In this document: positions 9,962 through 20,149 of the stretch, piece by piece
How positions within the stretch are numbered: the first letter of the stretch is position 1
Layout of the letters: every line of letters starts with the position of its first letter
NCBI GenBank assembly: GCA_035532835.1
Contig: DATKQG010000059.1
Coordinates: 6,581-70,580, forward strand
Length of the DNA stretch: 64,000 bases
Direction of reading: 5' to 3'
Source of the DNA: Candidatus Dormiibacterota bacterium
GTDB taxonomy: Bacteria; Vulcanimicrobiota; Vulcanimicrobiia; Vulcanimicrobiales; Vulcanimicrobiaceae
Notes under the pieces: generated by a model
Databases searched by the model: none
Told to the model about the DNA's origin: nothing
What the model saw: the letters and a program-made list of their open reading frames with translations, nothing else
Translations under genes and position numbers: made by a program

Positions 9962-10843
9962 GTGTTTCCAGCCCCATTTGATTACCAACGAGCACACTCG
10001 ATCGACGAGGCCTTGGCGGCGCTCGCGGCCCATGGCGACGATGCACGCATCCTCGCAGGCGGTCAGAGCCTCATTCCGGCGATGCGTTTTCGCTTGGCAC
10101 GTCCGGCGGTCTTGATCGATATCAATCCCATTGCATCGTTAGCATACGTGCGAGAGAACGACGGCTACCTCGCCGTCGGCGCCGGCGCGCGCGATTTTGC
10201 GCTCGAAACCACGCCGGTCGTCTCTTCGCGCTATCCTCTGCTCGCCGATGTATGCGCGGTCGTGGCCGATCCCGTCGTGCGCCAAATGGGCACGGTCGTC
10301 GGCAGCCTGTGCCATAACGATCCCGCCGGCGATTGGCCCGTGGCCGCACTCGCCGCACACGCATCCGTCGTCATCCGCGGCAAAGGCGGCGAACGCGTCG
10401 TATCGATCGACGATTTTCTCGTCGATTCGTATACCACCGCGGTCGGCGAGGGCGAGATGGCGCTGGAGGTGCGTTTTCCGACGCCGCAAGCCCGCACCGC
10501 CGGCGCATACATGAAGATCGAACGCAAAGTCGGCGATTTCGCCACGGCCGCGGCCGCGACTCGCGTGACGCTCGCGGCGGACGGCACGATTGCCAACGCA
10601 TCGATCGCGCTCGGCGCCGCCGGGCCAAAGGGCTTTCGCGTGGTCGAAGCGGAGCGCGCGTTGGTCGGTGCAAAGCCTTCGAATGCGGCGATCGCTGCGG
10701 CGATGGAAGCCGCGCGTAACGCGGCCGATCCCATCGCGGATACGCGCGGTACGGTGATATTCAAGAAACAGATGGCCGGAGTGCTCGTAGAACGCGCGCT
10801 CCGAAAAACATTCGCGCGCTTAGGTTTGGAGGATGTCCGATGA
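9962..10843 (+). CDS. coxM: Aerobic CO dehydrogenase medium subunit (FAD-binding)
   Basis: [20 protein letters not shown]...[19 protein letters not shown] is typical of xanthine dehydrogenase-family FAD subunits. Start moved to GTG 9962, 5 nt after GGAGG (9952-9956). Gene order M-S-L. Confidence 0.9.
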   Translation: MFPAPFDYQRAHSIDEALAALAAHGDDARILAGGQSLIPAMRFRLARPAVLIDINPIASLAYVRENDGYLAVGAGARDFALETTPVVSSRYPLLADVCAVVADPVVRQMGTVVGSLCHNDPAGDWPVAALAAHASVVIRGKGGERVVSIDDFLVDSYTTAVGEGEMALEVRFPTPQARTAGAYMKIERKVGDFATAAAATRVTLAADGTIANASIALGAAGPKGFRVVEAERALVGAKPSNAAIAAAMEAARNAADPIADTRGTVIFKKQMAGVLVERALRKTFARLGLEDVR

Positions 10844-11331
10844 AGATTTCGGTGACCGTCAACGGTACTGCCTACGAACGCGAGGTCGAGCCGCGCACGC
10901 TGCTCGCGTACTTTCTCCGCGAGAATCTCGGCCTGACCGGCACGCACGTCGGATGCGACACGTCAAGCTGCGGATGTTGCGTCGTGTTGATGGATGGGGA
11001 CCGCGCGGTAAAATCGTGCACGATGTTTGCCGTGATGGCCGACGGTCACGAAATCACTACCATCGAGGGCTTCAAATCGGGCGGCAAACTGCATCCGATG
11101 CAACAGGCGTTCTCCGATCAGCACGGGCTACAGTGCGGATATTGCACGCCGGGAATGATGGCGACGGCGATCGCGTTTCTCAAGACGAATCCTAACCCGA
11201 ACGAGGCGGAGATTCGCGACGCGCTCTCGGGCAATCTCTGTCGCTGTACCGGATACAACAACATCGTCAAAGCCGTTCTGCAGGCCGCCGCGGAATTATC
11301 CGCGCCCGCCGAACCGGTCGCAGCTTCTTAA
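10840..11331 (+). CDS. coxS: CO dehydrogenase small subunit, (2Fe-2S)-binding
   Basis: 163 aa with both 2Fe-2S cysteine clusters ([12 protein letters not shown]; CGYCTPGM...CRCTGY). 4-nt overlap with coxM. Confidence 0.92.
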   Translation: MKISVTVNGTAYEREVEPRTLLAYFLRENLGLTGTHVGCDTSSCGCCVVLMDGDRAVKSCTMFAVMADGHEITTIEGFKSGGKLHPMQQAFSDQHGLQCGYCTPGMMATAIAFLKTNPNPNEAEIRDALSGNLCRCTGYNNIVKAVLQAAAELSAPAEPVAAS

Positions 11332-11337
11332 GGAGCG

Positions 11338-13698
11338 ATGCACGTGAGTACAACCGAAGTCCCCACCAACGGCCGTCACGCAATGGGCCTCCCCATGAAG
11401 CGCAAGGAAGACGCGCGCTTCATCGCCGGCAAGGGCCGATACGTCGACGACATCGTGCTGCCGAATATGCTCTATCTCGCGATCGTGCATAGCCCGTATC
11501 CGCACGCGAAAATCGTCAAGATCGATAAGACCGCCGCGCTGGCCGTGCCGGGCGTGAAGGCCGTCATTACCGCCGACGATCTGGCGGGTGTCAATCTCGC
11601 TTGGATACCGACGTTTCACGGGTACGATAAGCAAATGGTTCTCGCCGTCGGTAAGGTGCTGTATCAGTATCAAGAAGTCGCGGCGGTTGTCGCTACGTCC
11701 CGCGAGGCTGCAGCCGACGGTGTCGAACTCGTCGACGTAGAGTACGAACCGCTCGAACCCGTCGTCGACCCCTTCGTCGCGAAGACCGATAAGACGCTGG
11801 TGCGCGAGGACCGCGAAAACAAAACCAATCACATCTACCATTGGGAGGTTGGCAAGCGCGCCGAGACAGACGCGGCTTTGGCCGGCTCCGAGGTGAAGAT
11901 CAAGGAGCGCGTGTACTTCCAGCGCTGCCATCCGGCACCGCTCGAGCCGTGCGGCTGCGTCGCCGATATGAATCCGGCCACCGGTACGCTAACGCTGTAT
12001 ATGACCTCGCAAGCTCCGCACGCGCATCGTACGGTGATCTCGCTAGTCACCGGTATCCCCGAAGATAAAATTCACGTGATCTCGCCCGACATCGGCGGCG
12101 GATTCGGCAACAAGGTTCCGATCTATGCAGGCTACGTGTGTAGCGCCGTCGCTTCGATCGTCACCGGCGTCCCGGTGAAGTGGATCGAAACGCGCACGGA
12201 AAACCTTACGACGACGGGTTTTGCGCGCGATTACCACATGGACGTGGAAATCGGCGCGACCAAAGAAGGCAAAGTTACCGCGCTCAAGGTTACGACGGTC
12301 GCGGATCACGGTGCGTTCGATGCGGCGGCCGATCCTACCAAGTACCCGGCCGGCATGTTCGGCATCTGTACGGGGTCGTACGATTTCCCGATCGCGTTCA
12401 CCGAGCTCGACGCCTATTTCACCAACAAGGCGCCGGGGGGCGTTGCCTATCGCTGCTCGTTCCGCGTCACTGAGGCGTCGTATGCAATCGAGCGGGGCAT
12501 GGATTTTCTCGCGCTCAAACTCGGCCAAGACCCGGCCGAGGTTCGCCTGAGAAACTTCGTGCGAAAGGACCAATTCCCGTATGCGACGCCGCTCGGTTTC
12601 GTCTACGATAGCGGCGACTATCACACGACGCTCAACAAAGCGCTCGATATCATCGGCTACAAGGAGCTACGCAAAGAGCAAGCTGAAAAACGCGCGCGCG
12701 GCGAGCTGATGGGCATCGGCATTTCGACGTTCACCGAAGTCGTCGGCGCCGGGCCGAGCAAACACTTCGACATCATGGGCATCAAGATGTTCGATAGCGC
12801 CGAGATTCGCATTCATCCGACGGGCTCGGGCATCGTGCGGGCCGGCACCAAGTCGCAGGGCCAGGGCCACGAAACCACCTGGGCGCAAATCGTCGCCGAA
12901 GAGCTGGGGCTCGACCCGCTAAATCTCATGGTGGAAGAAGGCGATACCGATACCGCGCCCTACGGGCTCGGAACGTATGCGAGCCGCAGCACGCCCGTCG
13001 CCGGAGCGGCACTTGCGATGGCGGCGCGACGCGTGCGCGAAAAGGCGCGCAAGATCGCCGCGCACGTGCTCGAGGCGCCGGAAGCCGACGTCGAATGGAT
13101 CGATTACAAGTTCCAAGTCAAGGGCGTTCCATCCAAAACGATCACCATGAAAGAGATCGCATTCGCGGCGTACACGAATCCCGGGCCGAACGAGCCGGGC
13201 CTCGAGGCGACGTACTACTACGATCCGCCGAATCTAACGTTCCCGTACGGCGCGTACATCGCGGTGGTCGAGATCGATAAAGAGACTGGCTACACGCACG
13301 TACGCCGGTTCCTCGCGATCGACGATTGCGGCACGGTCATCAATCCGATGATCGTCGAAGGGCAGATCCACGGTGGACTGACCGAGGGGTATGCGATCGC
13401 CTTCATGCAAGAGATCGCCTACGACGAGAACGGCAACAATCTCCAGCCGAATTTCACGGAGTACCTGATCCCCACGTCGCTCGAGACGCCGAAGTGGGAG
13501 ACCTCCAGCACCTGCAACCCGAGCCCGCACCATCCGATCGGCGCTAAGGGCGTCGGCGAGAGCCCGAACGTCGGCTCTCCCGCGGCGTTCGTCAACGCCG
13601 TCATGGATGCGCTCTCGCCGCTGGGCATCAAGCATATCGACATGCCGCTTACGCGCGACAAAGTCTGGCGCGCTATGGAAGCTGCGAAAACGCCATGA
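11338..13698 (+). CDS. coxL: Form I aerobic CO dehydrogenase large subunit (molybdopterin)
   Basis: 786 aa. Carries the form-I active-site loop VAYRCSFR (nt 12442-12465), not the form-II AYRGAGR. Confidence 0.92.
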   Translation: MHVSTTEVPTNGRHAMGLPMKRKEDARFIAGKGRYVDDIVLPNMLYLAIVHSPYPHAKIVKIDKTAALAVPGVKAVITADDLAGVNLAWIPTFHGYDKQMVLAVGKVLYQYQEVAAVVATSREAAADGVELVDVEYEPLEPVVDPFVAKTDKTLVREDRENKTNHIYHWEVGKRAETDAALAGSEVKIKERVYFQRCHPAPLEPCGCVADMNPATGTLTLYMTSQAPHAHRTVISLVTGIPEDKIHVISPDIGGGFGNKVPIYAGYVCSAVASIVTGVPVKWIETRTENLTTTGFARDYHMDVEIGATKEGKVTALKVTTVADHGAFDAAADPTKYPAGMFGICTGSYDFPIAFTELDAYFTNKAPGGVAYRCSFRVTEASYAIERGMDFLALKLGQDPAEVRLRNFVRKDQFPYATPLGFVYDSGDYHTTLNKALDIIGYKELRKEQAEKRARGELMGIGISTFTEVVGAGPSKHFDIMGIKMFDSAEIRIHPTGSGIVRAGTKSQGQGHETTWAQIVAEELGLDPLNLMVEEGDTDTAPYGLGTYASRSTPVAGAALAMAARRVREKARKIAAHVLEAPEADVEWIDYKFQVKGVPSKTITMKEIAFAAYTNPGPNEPGLEATYYYDPPNLTFPYGAYIAVVEIDKETGYTHVRRFLAIDDCGTVINPMIVEGQIHGGLTEGYAIAFMQEIAYDENGNNLQPNFTEYLIPTSLETPKWETSSTCNPSPHHPIGAKGVGESPNVGSPAAFVNAVMDALSPLGIKHIDMPLTRDKVWRAMEAAKTP

Positions 13699-14141
13699 AC
13701 CTACAGTGGCAGGGGCACGAGGAGATCGCCGCCCCTAAGGAACGCGTATGGGCGTTCATCAACGATCCGGGCAGCGTCGCCAACTGCGTCCCGGATTTGG
13801 TCGAGGCGAACGTCGTCGATACGCATCACGTCGACGCGGTCGTTAAGGTCGGCGTCGGACCGGTGCGGGGAAACTTCAAGCTCAAGATCGAGCTCGATCC
13901 GCAAGCCGACGGCAGCCGCATGAATCTCAAGATCAGCGGCGGAGGCTTTGGGAGCGTCGTCGATCTGGTCGCGGGGGCCGATGTCAAGGCCGCCGGCGAC
14001 GCGAGCACGGTGCTCGATTGGAGCGGCAGCGCGACGATGCGCGGGCCGATTGCGAGCATCGCCGGGCGCGTGATAGACGCGCAGGCGCAGCGCGTCATCT
14101 CCACGACCTTTGCGAACGTGAAGGCGCGATGCAGTTCCTAG
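13695..14141 (+). CDS. coxG: CoxG-like SRPBCC protein (CO dehydrogenase subunit G)
   Basis: 148 aa, SRPBCC/CoxG-type N-terminus (EEIAAPKERVWAFINDPGSVANCVPDL). 4-nt overlap with coxL. Confidence 0.8.
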   Translation: MNLQWQGHEEIAAPKERVWAFINDPGSVANCVPDLVEANVVDTHHVDAVVKVGVGPVRGNFKLKIELDPQADGSRMNLKISGGGFGSVVDLVAGADVKAAGDASTVLDWSGSATMRGPIASIAGRVIDAQAQRVISTTFANVKARCSS

Positions 14142-15145
14142 AGCGGGTAGCGGAGCTCGAACGCGAGCGCGTTCCGTTTGCGTTCGCCGTCGTCGTTTCG
14201 CGGCGTTCGCCCGTAAGTTCTCACCTTGGCGATCGCGCGCTCGTGTTTGCCGATGGCCGCATGGAAGGGTTTGTCGGCGGATCGTGCTCGCGCGACATCG
14301 TGCGGCGTTACGGCCTGGAAGCGATCCGCAGCGGAGCGCCGCGGCTGCTGCACATTCGCCCCGAACCGTCGTCCGGCGAACAAACGCCGTCCGGCGGCGA
14401 TAGCCTGGGTGCGGAGCACGTCTTCATTCCGATGAGTTGTGCCTCCGAGGGTGCCGCCGATGTGTACGTCGAGCCGCACTTACCGGCGCGGCGCTTGATC
14501 GTTGCGGGCTTTACGCCGGTCGCGCAGGCGCTCGTTCGCATGGCGGGTGCGCTTGAATACGACGTCGTGCGCGTGGTCGACGAAGACGAAACCGCAGACC
14601 TTGCGGATTATTCGGGAGTCGTCGTGAAAGTGGGCGACCTGCGCGATTTCGCGAACAAACTTTCGGCGCTGGAGCGTGCGCGCACGGTTGCCGTCGTCGC
14701 ATCGCTCGGGCATTACGACGAGGCGGCGCTCGACGCGCTCCTCGACGCGCACCTTGCTTTTATCGGTCTGGTCGCGAGCCGGAAGCGCGCCGCGCGCGTG
14801 TTCGGCGTGCTCGCGCAGGGAGGGCGTTCGCCCGAGCAACTCGCCGCGATCCGCAATCCGGTTGGGCTCGATATCGGAGCGCGCACCCCGGGAGACGTTG
14901 CCGTTTCGATTTTCGCGGAGATCGTTGCGGCCTCACCGTCGGCCCCAATGCCGGAACTCGACGAAAGCGAGGCCGCGGTTCCGGCGATCGCGCTCGATCC
15001 GATCTGCGGAATGGATGTCGAGATCGAGAACGCGCGCCATCGCTTCGAATACGAAGGGCGCACCTATTACTTTTGTGCGGCCGGGTGCCGTGCCGCCTTC
15101 GCAGCCGATCCGGCGGCCGTGCTCTCCTCGAAAGGCAGCGCTTGA
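14129..15145 (+). CDS. XdhC/CoxI-family maturation factor fused to a C-terminal YHS (TRASH-like metal-binding) domain
   Basis: Start trimmed to ATG 14129 (MQFLERVAELERERVPFAFAVVVSRRSPVSS, an XdhC_CoxI N-terminus). Rossmann-like middle region. C-terminus DPICGMDVEIENARHRFEYEGRTYYFCAAGCRAAF matches the YHS pattern. Confidence 0.8.
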   Translation: MQFLERVAELERERVPFAFAVVVSRRSPVSSHLGDRALVFADGRMEGFVGGSCSRDIVRRYGLEAIRSGAPRLLHIRPEPSSGEQTPSGGDSLGAEHVFIPMSCASEGAADVYVEPHLPARRLIVAGFTPVAQALVRMAGALEYDVVRVVDEDETADLADYSGVVVKVGDLRDFANKLSALERARTVAVVASLGHYDEAALDALLDAHLAFIGLVASRKRAARVFGVLAQGGRSPEQLAAIRNPVGLDIGARTPGDVAVSIFAEIVAASPSAPMPELDESEAAVPAIALDPICGMDVEIENARHRFEYEGRTYYFCAAGCRAAFAADPAAVLSSKGSA

Positions 15146-16080
15146 AGCTCTTGTCCCTGCGAGAGCGTTTCGCCGAGCGCGGTTACGTGGTCGATGAAGA
15201 TTTCGCAACGTCGCTCGAACTGATGCTCGCGCTCGAGAAACCGCTCTTACTCGAAGGCCCCGCAGGCGTGGGAAAGACCGAGAGTGCGAAGGTCCTCGCC
15301 GATGTCCTGGGAACGCGCCTCATCCGCTTGCAGTGCTACGAGGGGTTGGATGCCGCGAGCGCGCTCTACGAATGGAATTATCCGAAGCAACTCCTGCGCA
15401 TTCGGCTCACCGAACACGATGCAGCCGACACGCTCGCGCGCGAAGCGGAGATCTTCAGCGAAGCGTTTCTGCTCAAGCGGCCGCTGCTGGAAGCGATTAC
15501 GCAGGACGTAGCCCCCGTATTATTGATCGACGAGATCGATCGCGCCGACGAAGCGTTCGAAGCGTTCTTGTTGGAGTTGCTCGGAGAGTTTCAGATTTCG
15601 ATACCGGAACTCGGGACGGTCCGCGCGCGGTCGCGGCCGTTCGTGATCGTTACCTCGAACCGCTCGCGAGAACTCTCCGATGCGTTGCGGCGCCGTTGTC
15701 TCTACCACTGGCTGGAGTATCCGACGCGCGAGCGCGAGGTGGAGATCCTGCGCGCCAGGCTTCCGGATATCGATCAAAAACTGGCCGAGCAGATCGCGCG
15801 TTTCATGGAGTTTTTGCGCGCGCAACCCTTCGAAAAGGTACCGGGTGTCGCGGAGAGCTTGGATTGGGCGCTCGCGCTCGTGCGGCTCCATCGAGCGGCG
15901 CTCGACGAGCGGACGATCGAACTCACACACGGCTGTATCCTCAAGGTGCAACGAGACTGGGAGCTGCTCCAGGAGCAGCGCACGCGCTACGTGCCGTTGC
16001 TCTCGGATGCGGGAGTGCAGGAGACTGCCGCAACCGAGCCCGATTACGGCATCGGCTCGGTGCGGGCGCGCCGTGGCTGA
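15142..16080 (+). CDS. coxD: MoxR-type AAA+ ATPase (CoxD-like)
   Basis: Walker A GPAGVGKT, Walker B LLIDEIDRA, MoxR-like context. Start proposed at TTG 15142, overlapping the upstream stop (TTGA); the exact start is uncertain. Confidence 0.85.
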   Translation: MKLLSLRERFAERGYVVDEDFATSLELMLALEKPLLLEGPAGVGKTESAKVLADVLGTRLIRLQCYEGLDAASALYEWNYPKQLLRIRLTEHDAADTLAREAEIFSEAFLLKRPLLEAITQDVAPVLLIDEIDRADEAFEAFLLELLGEFQISIPELGTVRARSRPFVIVTSNRSRELSDALRRRCLYHWLEYPTREREVEILRARLPDIDQKLAEQIARFMEFLRAQPFEKVPGVAESLDWALALVRLHRAALDERTIELTHGCILKVQRDWELLQEQRTRYVPLLSDAGVQETAATEPDYGIGSVRARRG

Positions 16081-17281
16081 ACGCTCCGCCGAACTCTCCC
16101 GCAGAGTGCTGGAGTTCTTTACGGTGCTGCGGGAGACGCACGGTTTTTCCGCGGGCCAGCGCGAGGTCCACGATGCGCTGCGCGCGCTCGATCTGCTCGG
16201 CATCACGAATCCCGCGCGCGTGCGGGCGGCGCTGCGTGCCGTCGCGTGCAGTTCGCCCGAGCAGGTTGCGGTGTTCGAAGACGCCTATCGGCACGTCTTC
16301 CTCGCACCCGATGAAGGCGTACCGCAGGCCGCATACGCACCGCGCCATTCGCGCCCCGGAGCGCAGCCCGAACCGTCTCCCGGCCTCCCGGCGCGCGAGC
16401 GCAAAGGCGACCCGCACGATGATGAAGCCGACGGCGACGCAAGCGACGGCCCGTCGCGCGAGCGACGCGTCGCCGACGAAACGCCCGATGCGGCTACGGC
16501 ATGGATGATGTTGCGCGCGCGGTTTAGCCCGATCGCAGCAACTGCGGATCCGCCATCCATCGACCCATGCGGCTTGGAAGAGATGGAGTCGGCAACGCGC
16601 AAACTCGTGCGCAGCGTGCATTTGGGGCGGTCGCGTCGTTGGGCGCCGCAACCGCGCGGGCCGCGCTTCGACCTGCGACGCACGCTCCGCGCGAGCTTGC
16701 AGACCGGCGGCGATCCCCTCACGCTCCATCGGCTTGGCCCGCCGCGCCGCGCTCCGCGCATCGTCTTACTCGTCGACGGCAGCCGTTCGATGGCGGAACA
16801 CGCGACGGTGTTGTTGCAATTCGCCTATGCGCTTGGACGCGCGACGCGGCGCGCGCGTACCTACGTGTTCAGCACCGATCTCCACGACGTCACGCGTATC
16901 CTCGCATCCGTGCGGCCGGGCACCGAACTGCCGAGCCTGGGTGAATCGTGGGGTGGCGGCACGCGGATCGGGGCGAGCTTGGCGAGCTTCGTTCGCGAGC
17001 ACGGCGTACGCGTGCTCGACGAGCAGACGCTCGTGATCGTGGCGAGCGATGGGCTGGACGCGAGCGAGGGAGCGCAACTCGAGCGCGCGATGCGTGAGAT
17101 CCGGCGGCGCTGTGCGGCGGTGGTCTGGCTAAATCCGCACGCGCGCTCGCAAGGCTTCGCTCCGACCGCGGGCGGAATGCGTTCGGCGGGGCCGTTTATC
17201 GATGTGCTCGACGCACTGCATACCGCGCGCGATGTGGAGCGCATGGCCGAGCGCCTATGGCGGACGCGCTTGCATGCGTGA
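16073..17281 (+). CDS. coxE: VWA domain protein (CoxE-like)
   Basis: Start proposed at GTG 16073 (8-nt overlap with coxD). C-terminal VWA-like region with MIDAS-type LLVDGSRSM. Position after the MoxR ATPase matches cox clusters. Confidence 0.8.
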   Translation: MAERSAELSRRVLEFFTVLRETHGFSAGQREVHDALRALDLLGITNPARVRAALRAVACSSPEQVAVFEDAYRHVFLAPDEGVPQAAYAPRHSRPGAQPEPSPGLPARERKGDPHDDEADGDASDGPSRERRVADETPDAATAWMMLRARFSPIAATADPPSIDPCGLEEMESATRKLVRSVHLGRSRRWAPQPRGPRFDLRRTLRASLQTGGDPLTLHRLGPPRRAPRIVLLVDGSRSMAEHATVLLQFAYALGRATRRARTYVFSTDLHDVTRILASVRPGTELPSLGESWGGGTRIGASLASFVREHGVRVLDEQTLVIVASDGLDASEGAQLERAMREIRRRCAAVVWLNPHARSQGFAPTAGGMRSAGPFIDVLDALHTARDVERMAERLWRTRLHA

Positions 17282-18206
17282 TTTCTTCGCGGTGGTCGCG
17301 CGCTGGAGCCGGGAGCGAACGCCGTTTGCTTTGGCAACGCTCGTGGACGTCCGCAATGCTGCTCCGGCACCGCTCGGCGCCTCCATGGCGGCCACCGCAG
17401 ATTGCACGGTTGCCGGGGATATCGGTGCGGGTTGCTACGAAGGCGAGATCGTCGAAGCTGCAATGGAAACGGCTCGCGACGGGAAGTCGCGCGTACTCTC
17501 GATCGACCTGAGCAGCGACGATCCTCTCACCGGCGGCACCGGATGCGGCGGCTTTTTAGAGGTGGTGACGTGGCGGCCGCCGGCGGGCTTCGACGTTGTT
17601 GCCGGCGCCATCGTAGCCGGCCGTACCGATGTGACGTTTCCGATCGCGTACGAACGCGAGGGAAGCATGCGGGAATTCGTGATGCACGTTCCCGCGCGTC
17701 GCACGCTGATCGTCGTCGGCGGCACGACGCTCGCAAAAGAGGTGGCGTCGTTCGCGGCGCGCTTGGAGTATCGCACGGTGGTCGTCGACCCGCGCCCCGC
17801 CTTCGCAACGCCCGAGCGCCTTGCCGGCGTCGACGAAATCATCGTCGATTGGCCGCAGGACGTGCTAGCGGCGATGCTGAGCGCGACAACGCCGTTGCTC
17901 GTCATCTCGCACGATCCGAAAATCGACTTGCCGGCGTTGCGCGCCGGGCTCGCGAGCGAGGCGCCGTACATCGGCCTGCTGGGGAGCCATCGCGCCCAGG
18001 AAGGACGACGAGCGGCGTTGCGCGCGGATGGTTTCGGCGAGGCCGCACTCGCTCGGATTCACGGCCCGGCCGGCTTGGACATCGGCGGCGTCACCATGGC
18101 TGAGACCGCCGTCTCGATCGTCGCCGAAATCGTCGCGGTCGCGCGCGAGCGCGGCGGCGGGCCGCTCCTGCGCCACGGCGGATCGATTCACAACCTCGCG
18201 CGCTAG
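17274..18206 (+). CDS. XdhC family accessory protein (CoxF/CoxI-like), second copy
   Basis: Start trimmed to ATG 17274 (MRDFFAVVARWSRERTPFALATLVDVRNAAPAPLGASMA), 8-nt overlap with coxE. XdhC N- and C-terminal Rossmann-like domains. No YHS tail. Confidence 0.8.
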   Translation: MRDFFAVVARWSRERTPFALATLVDVRNAAPAPLGASMAATADCTVAGDIGAGCYEGEIVEAAMETARDGKSRVLSIDLSSDDPLTGGTGCGGFLEVVTWRPPAGFDVVAGAIVAGRTDVTFPIAYEREGSMREFVMHVPARRTLIVVGGTTLAKEVASFAARLEYRTVVVDPRPAFATPERLAGVDEIIVDWPQDVLAAMLSATTPLLVISHDPKIDLPALRAGLASEAPYIGLLGSHRAQEGRRAALRADGFGEAALARIHGPAGLDIGGVTMAETAVSIVAEIVAVARERGGGPLLRHGGSIHNLAR

Positions 18207-18224
18207 CGAGCGGAGCCCGCGCTC

Positions 18225-20075
18225 GTGGCGCGAAACCTAGGCTTCCGCACCCTTCGTCGTGATAAGGATCCCGTGACGCTCGAGACCGCGCTGAAGCAAT
18301 ACTTCGGCTTCGATTCCTTTCGCCCGCTGCAGCGAGAGATCGCGCAAGCGGTGCTCGACGGCGAGGATGCGCTCGCATTGCTTCCCACCGGTGGCGGAAA
18401 ATCGTTGTGCTACCAGTTGCCGGCGATGCTCTCGCAGGGTCTCACGCTCGTGGTCTCGCCGTTGATCGCCTTGATGAAGGATCAGGTCGACGCGCTGACC
18501 GCCAACGGCATCGCTGCGACATTTCTCAACAGTTCGATCGACGGCGATGCCGCCGCAGCGCGGCTCTCCGGGCTCGATCGCGGTGAGTACCATCTGCTGT
18601 ACGTGGCGCCCGAACGCATCGCGGTGCCGGGTTTTCTCGAGCGGATGCGCGGCTGGAATCTGCGACATATCGCCGTCGACGAAGCGCACTGTGTGAGCGA
18701 ATGGGGCCACGATTTTCGGCCGGAGTATCGCCGCCTCACGGCGCTGCGCGAAGCGTTCGCCGACGTGCCTGTGCTGGCACTCACGGCCACGGCCACGGAG
18801 CGCGTCCGCGAAGATATCGAACGATTCCTCGCGCTACGCCGCCCGACGCGTTTCGTGGGCAGCTTCAACCGCCCAAATTTACGCTACAGCGTTTTCGAAA
18901 AACACGATGCGGTGACGCAGCTCGTTTCGTTCGCGTCGGCGCGAGCGCACGAAAGCGGCATCGTCTACGTTTCGAGCCGCAATATGGCGGCGGATCTTGC
19001 GGTCAAACTCTCGCAGGCGGGCATCGAGGCGCGGCCCTACCACGCGGGCCTTACCCCGCTGCAGCGCACGCGCAATCAGGAGCTCTTTATCCGCGACGAG
19101 ATTCGCGTCGTCTGCGCCACGATCGCCTTCGGGATGGGCATCGATAAATCCAACGTACGATACGTCGTGCACTACGACGTGCCGAAGAATCTCGAAGGAT
19201 ACTACCAGGAGACCGGGCGCGCGGGGCGCGATGGCCTGCCTAGCGACTGCGTGTTGTTTTTCAACGGTGCCGATGCCGCCAAGCAGCGCTATTTTATCCG
19301 GCAAATTCCGAACGTCGCCGAACGCACCCAAGCCGAGCGTCTCCTGCGTAAAATGCTGGACTACGCTGCGATGCCGGAGTGCCGCAGGGCGTTTCTGCTC
19401 TCGTATTTCGGCGAGGAATCGCCCTACCTTACGTGCGGCAATTGCGATAATTGCCTGCAGGCGCCCGAACTCGTGGACGGCACGCTGGCCGCGCAGAAAT
19501 TGCTCTCCTGTCTCTATCGCGTCCGCGCTAAGAGCGGCTTCTCCACCGGCGCGCACCATCTAGTCGACGTTCTGCGCGGCGCGTCGAGCGAGCGCATTAC
19601 GGAGTGGGGACACGACCAGCTTTCCACTTACGGCATCGGGAAAGAGTACACTAAGGAGCAGTGGCTCGCGTTGGTCTCCGAGCTTCTGCGGGCGGGGTGG
19701 ATCGAGCAAGAGGATGCTCGCCGTACGCTGTTCCTCACAAGCGACGGCCTGGCCGCACTGCGCGAAGGGCGCAGCATTCGCTTCGCGCTTCCTCGCTTCG
19801 TAAAAAAGAAGCGCAAACAGAAGGCCTCGGAGCACGTGCTCGTTGCGGGAGACGACGCGCTCTTCGAACGACTGCGCGAATTACGCAAGCGCTTGGCGGA
19901 TGCTGCCGAGATCCCGCCGTACGTCGTCTTTTCGGATGCGACGCTGCGCTCGCTCGCCGCCCAAAAGCCAAGCGATGCGTCGTCGTTTCTGGCCATAAGC
20001 GGCGTGGGCGAAGTGAAGCTCGAGCGTTACGGCGATGCGTTCATGGCAGCCATCGCCGAATTTCAGGCTGCCTAG
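18225..20075 (+). CDS. recQ: ATP-dependent DNA helicase RecQ
   Basis: FGFDSFRPLQREIAQAVLDGEDALALLPTGGGKSLCYQLPA, DEAH box (VDEAHCVSEWGHDFRPEY), Zn-binding Cys cluster, C-terminal HRDC-like region. Confidence 0.92.
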   Translation: MARNLGFRTLRRDKDPVTLETALKQYFGFDSFRPLQREIAQAVLDGEDALALLPTGGGKSLCYQLPAMLSQGLTLVVSPLIALMKDQVDALTANGIAATFLNSSIDGDAAAARLSGLDRGEYHLLYVAPERIAVPGFLERMRGWNLRHIAVDEAHCVSEWGHDFRPEYRRLTALREAFADVPVLALTATATERVREDIERFLALRRPTRFVGSFNRPNLRYSVFEKHDAVTQLVSFASARAHESGIVYVSSRNMAADLAVKLSQAGIEARPYHAGLTPLQRTRNQELFIRDEIRVVCATIAFGMGIDKSNVRYVVHYDVPKNLEGYYQETGRAGRDGLPSDCVLFFNGADAAKQRYFIRQIPNVAERTQAERLLRKMLDYAAMPECRRAFLLSYFGEESPYLTCGNCDNCLQAPELVDGTLAAQKLLSCLYRVRAKSGFSTGAHHLVDVLRGASSERITEWGHDQLSTYGIGKEYTKEQWLALVSELLRAGWIEQEDARRTLFLTSDGLAALREGRSIRFALPRFVKKKRKQKASEHVLVAGDDALFERLRELRKRLADAAEIPPYVVFSDATLRSLAAQKPSDASSFLAISGVGEVKLERYGDAFMAAIAEFQAA

Positions 20076-20149
20076 AGCGCGGGTTTAACGCCTGGCAGGG
20101 CGGGTACATGATGTGTCACTTCAATGTTTCGCCCATGAGGAATGCTGCC

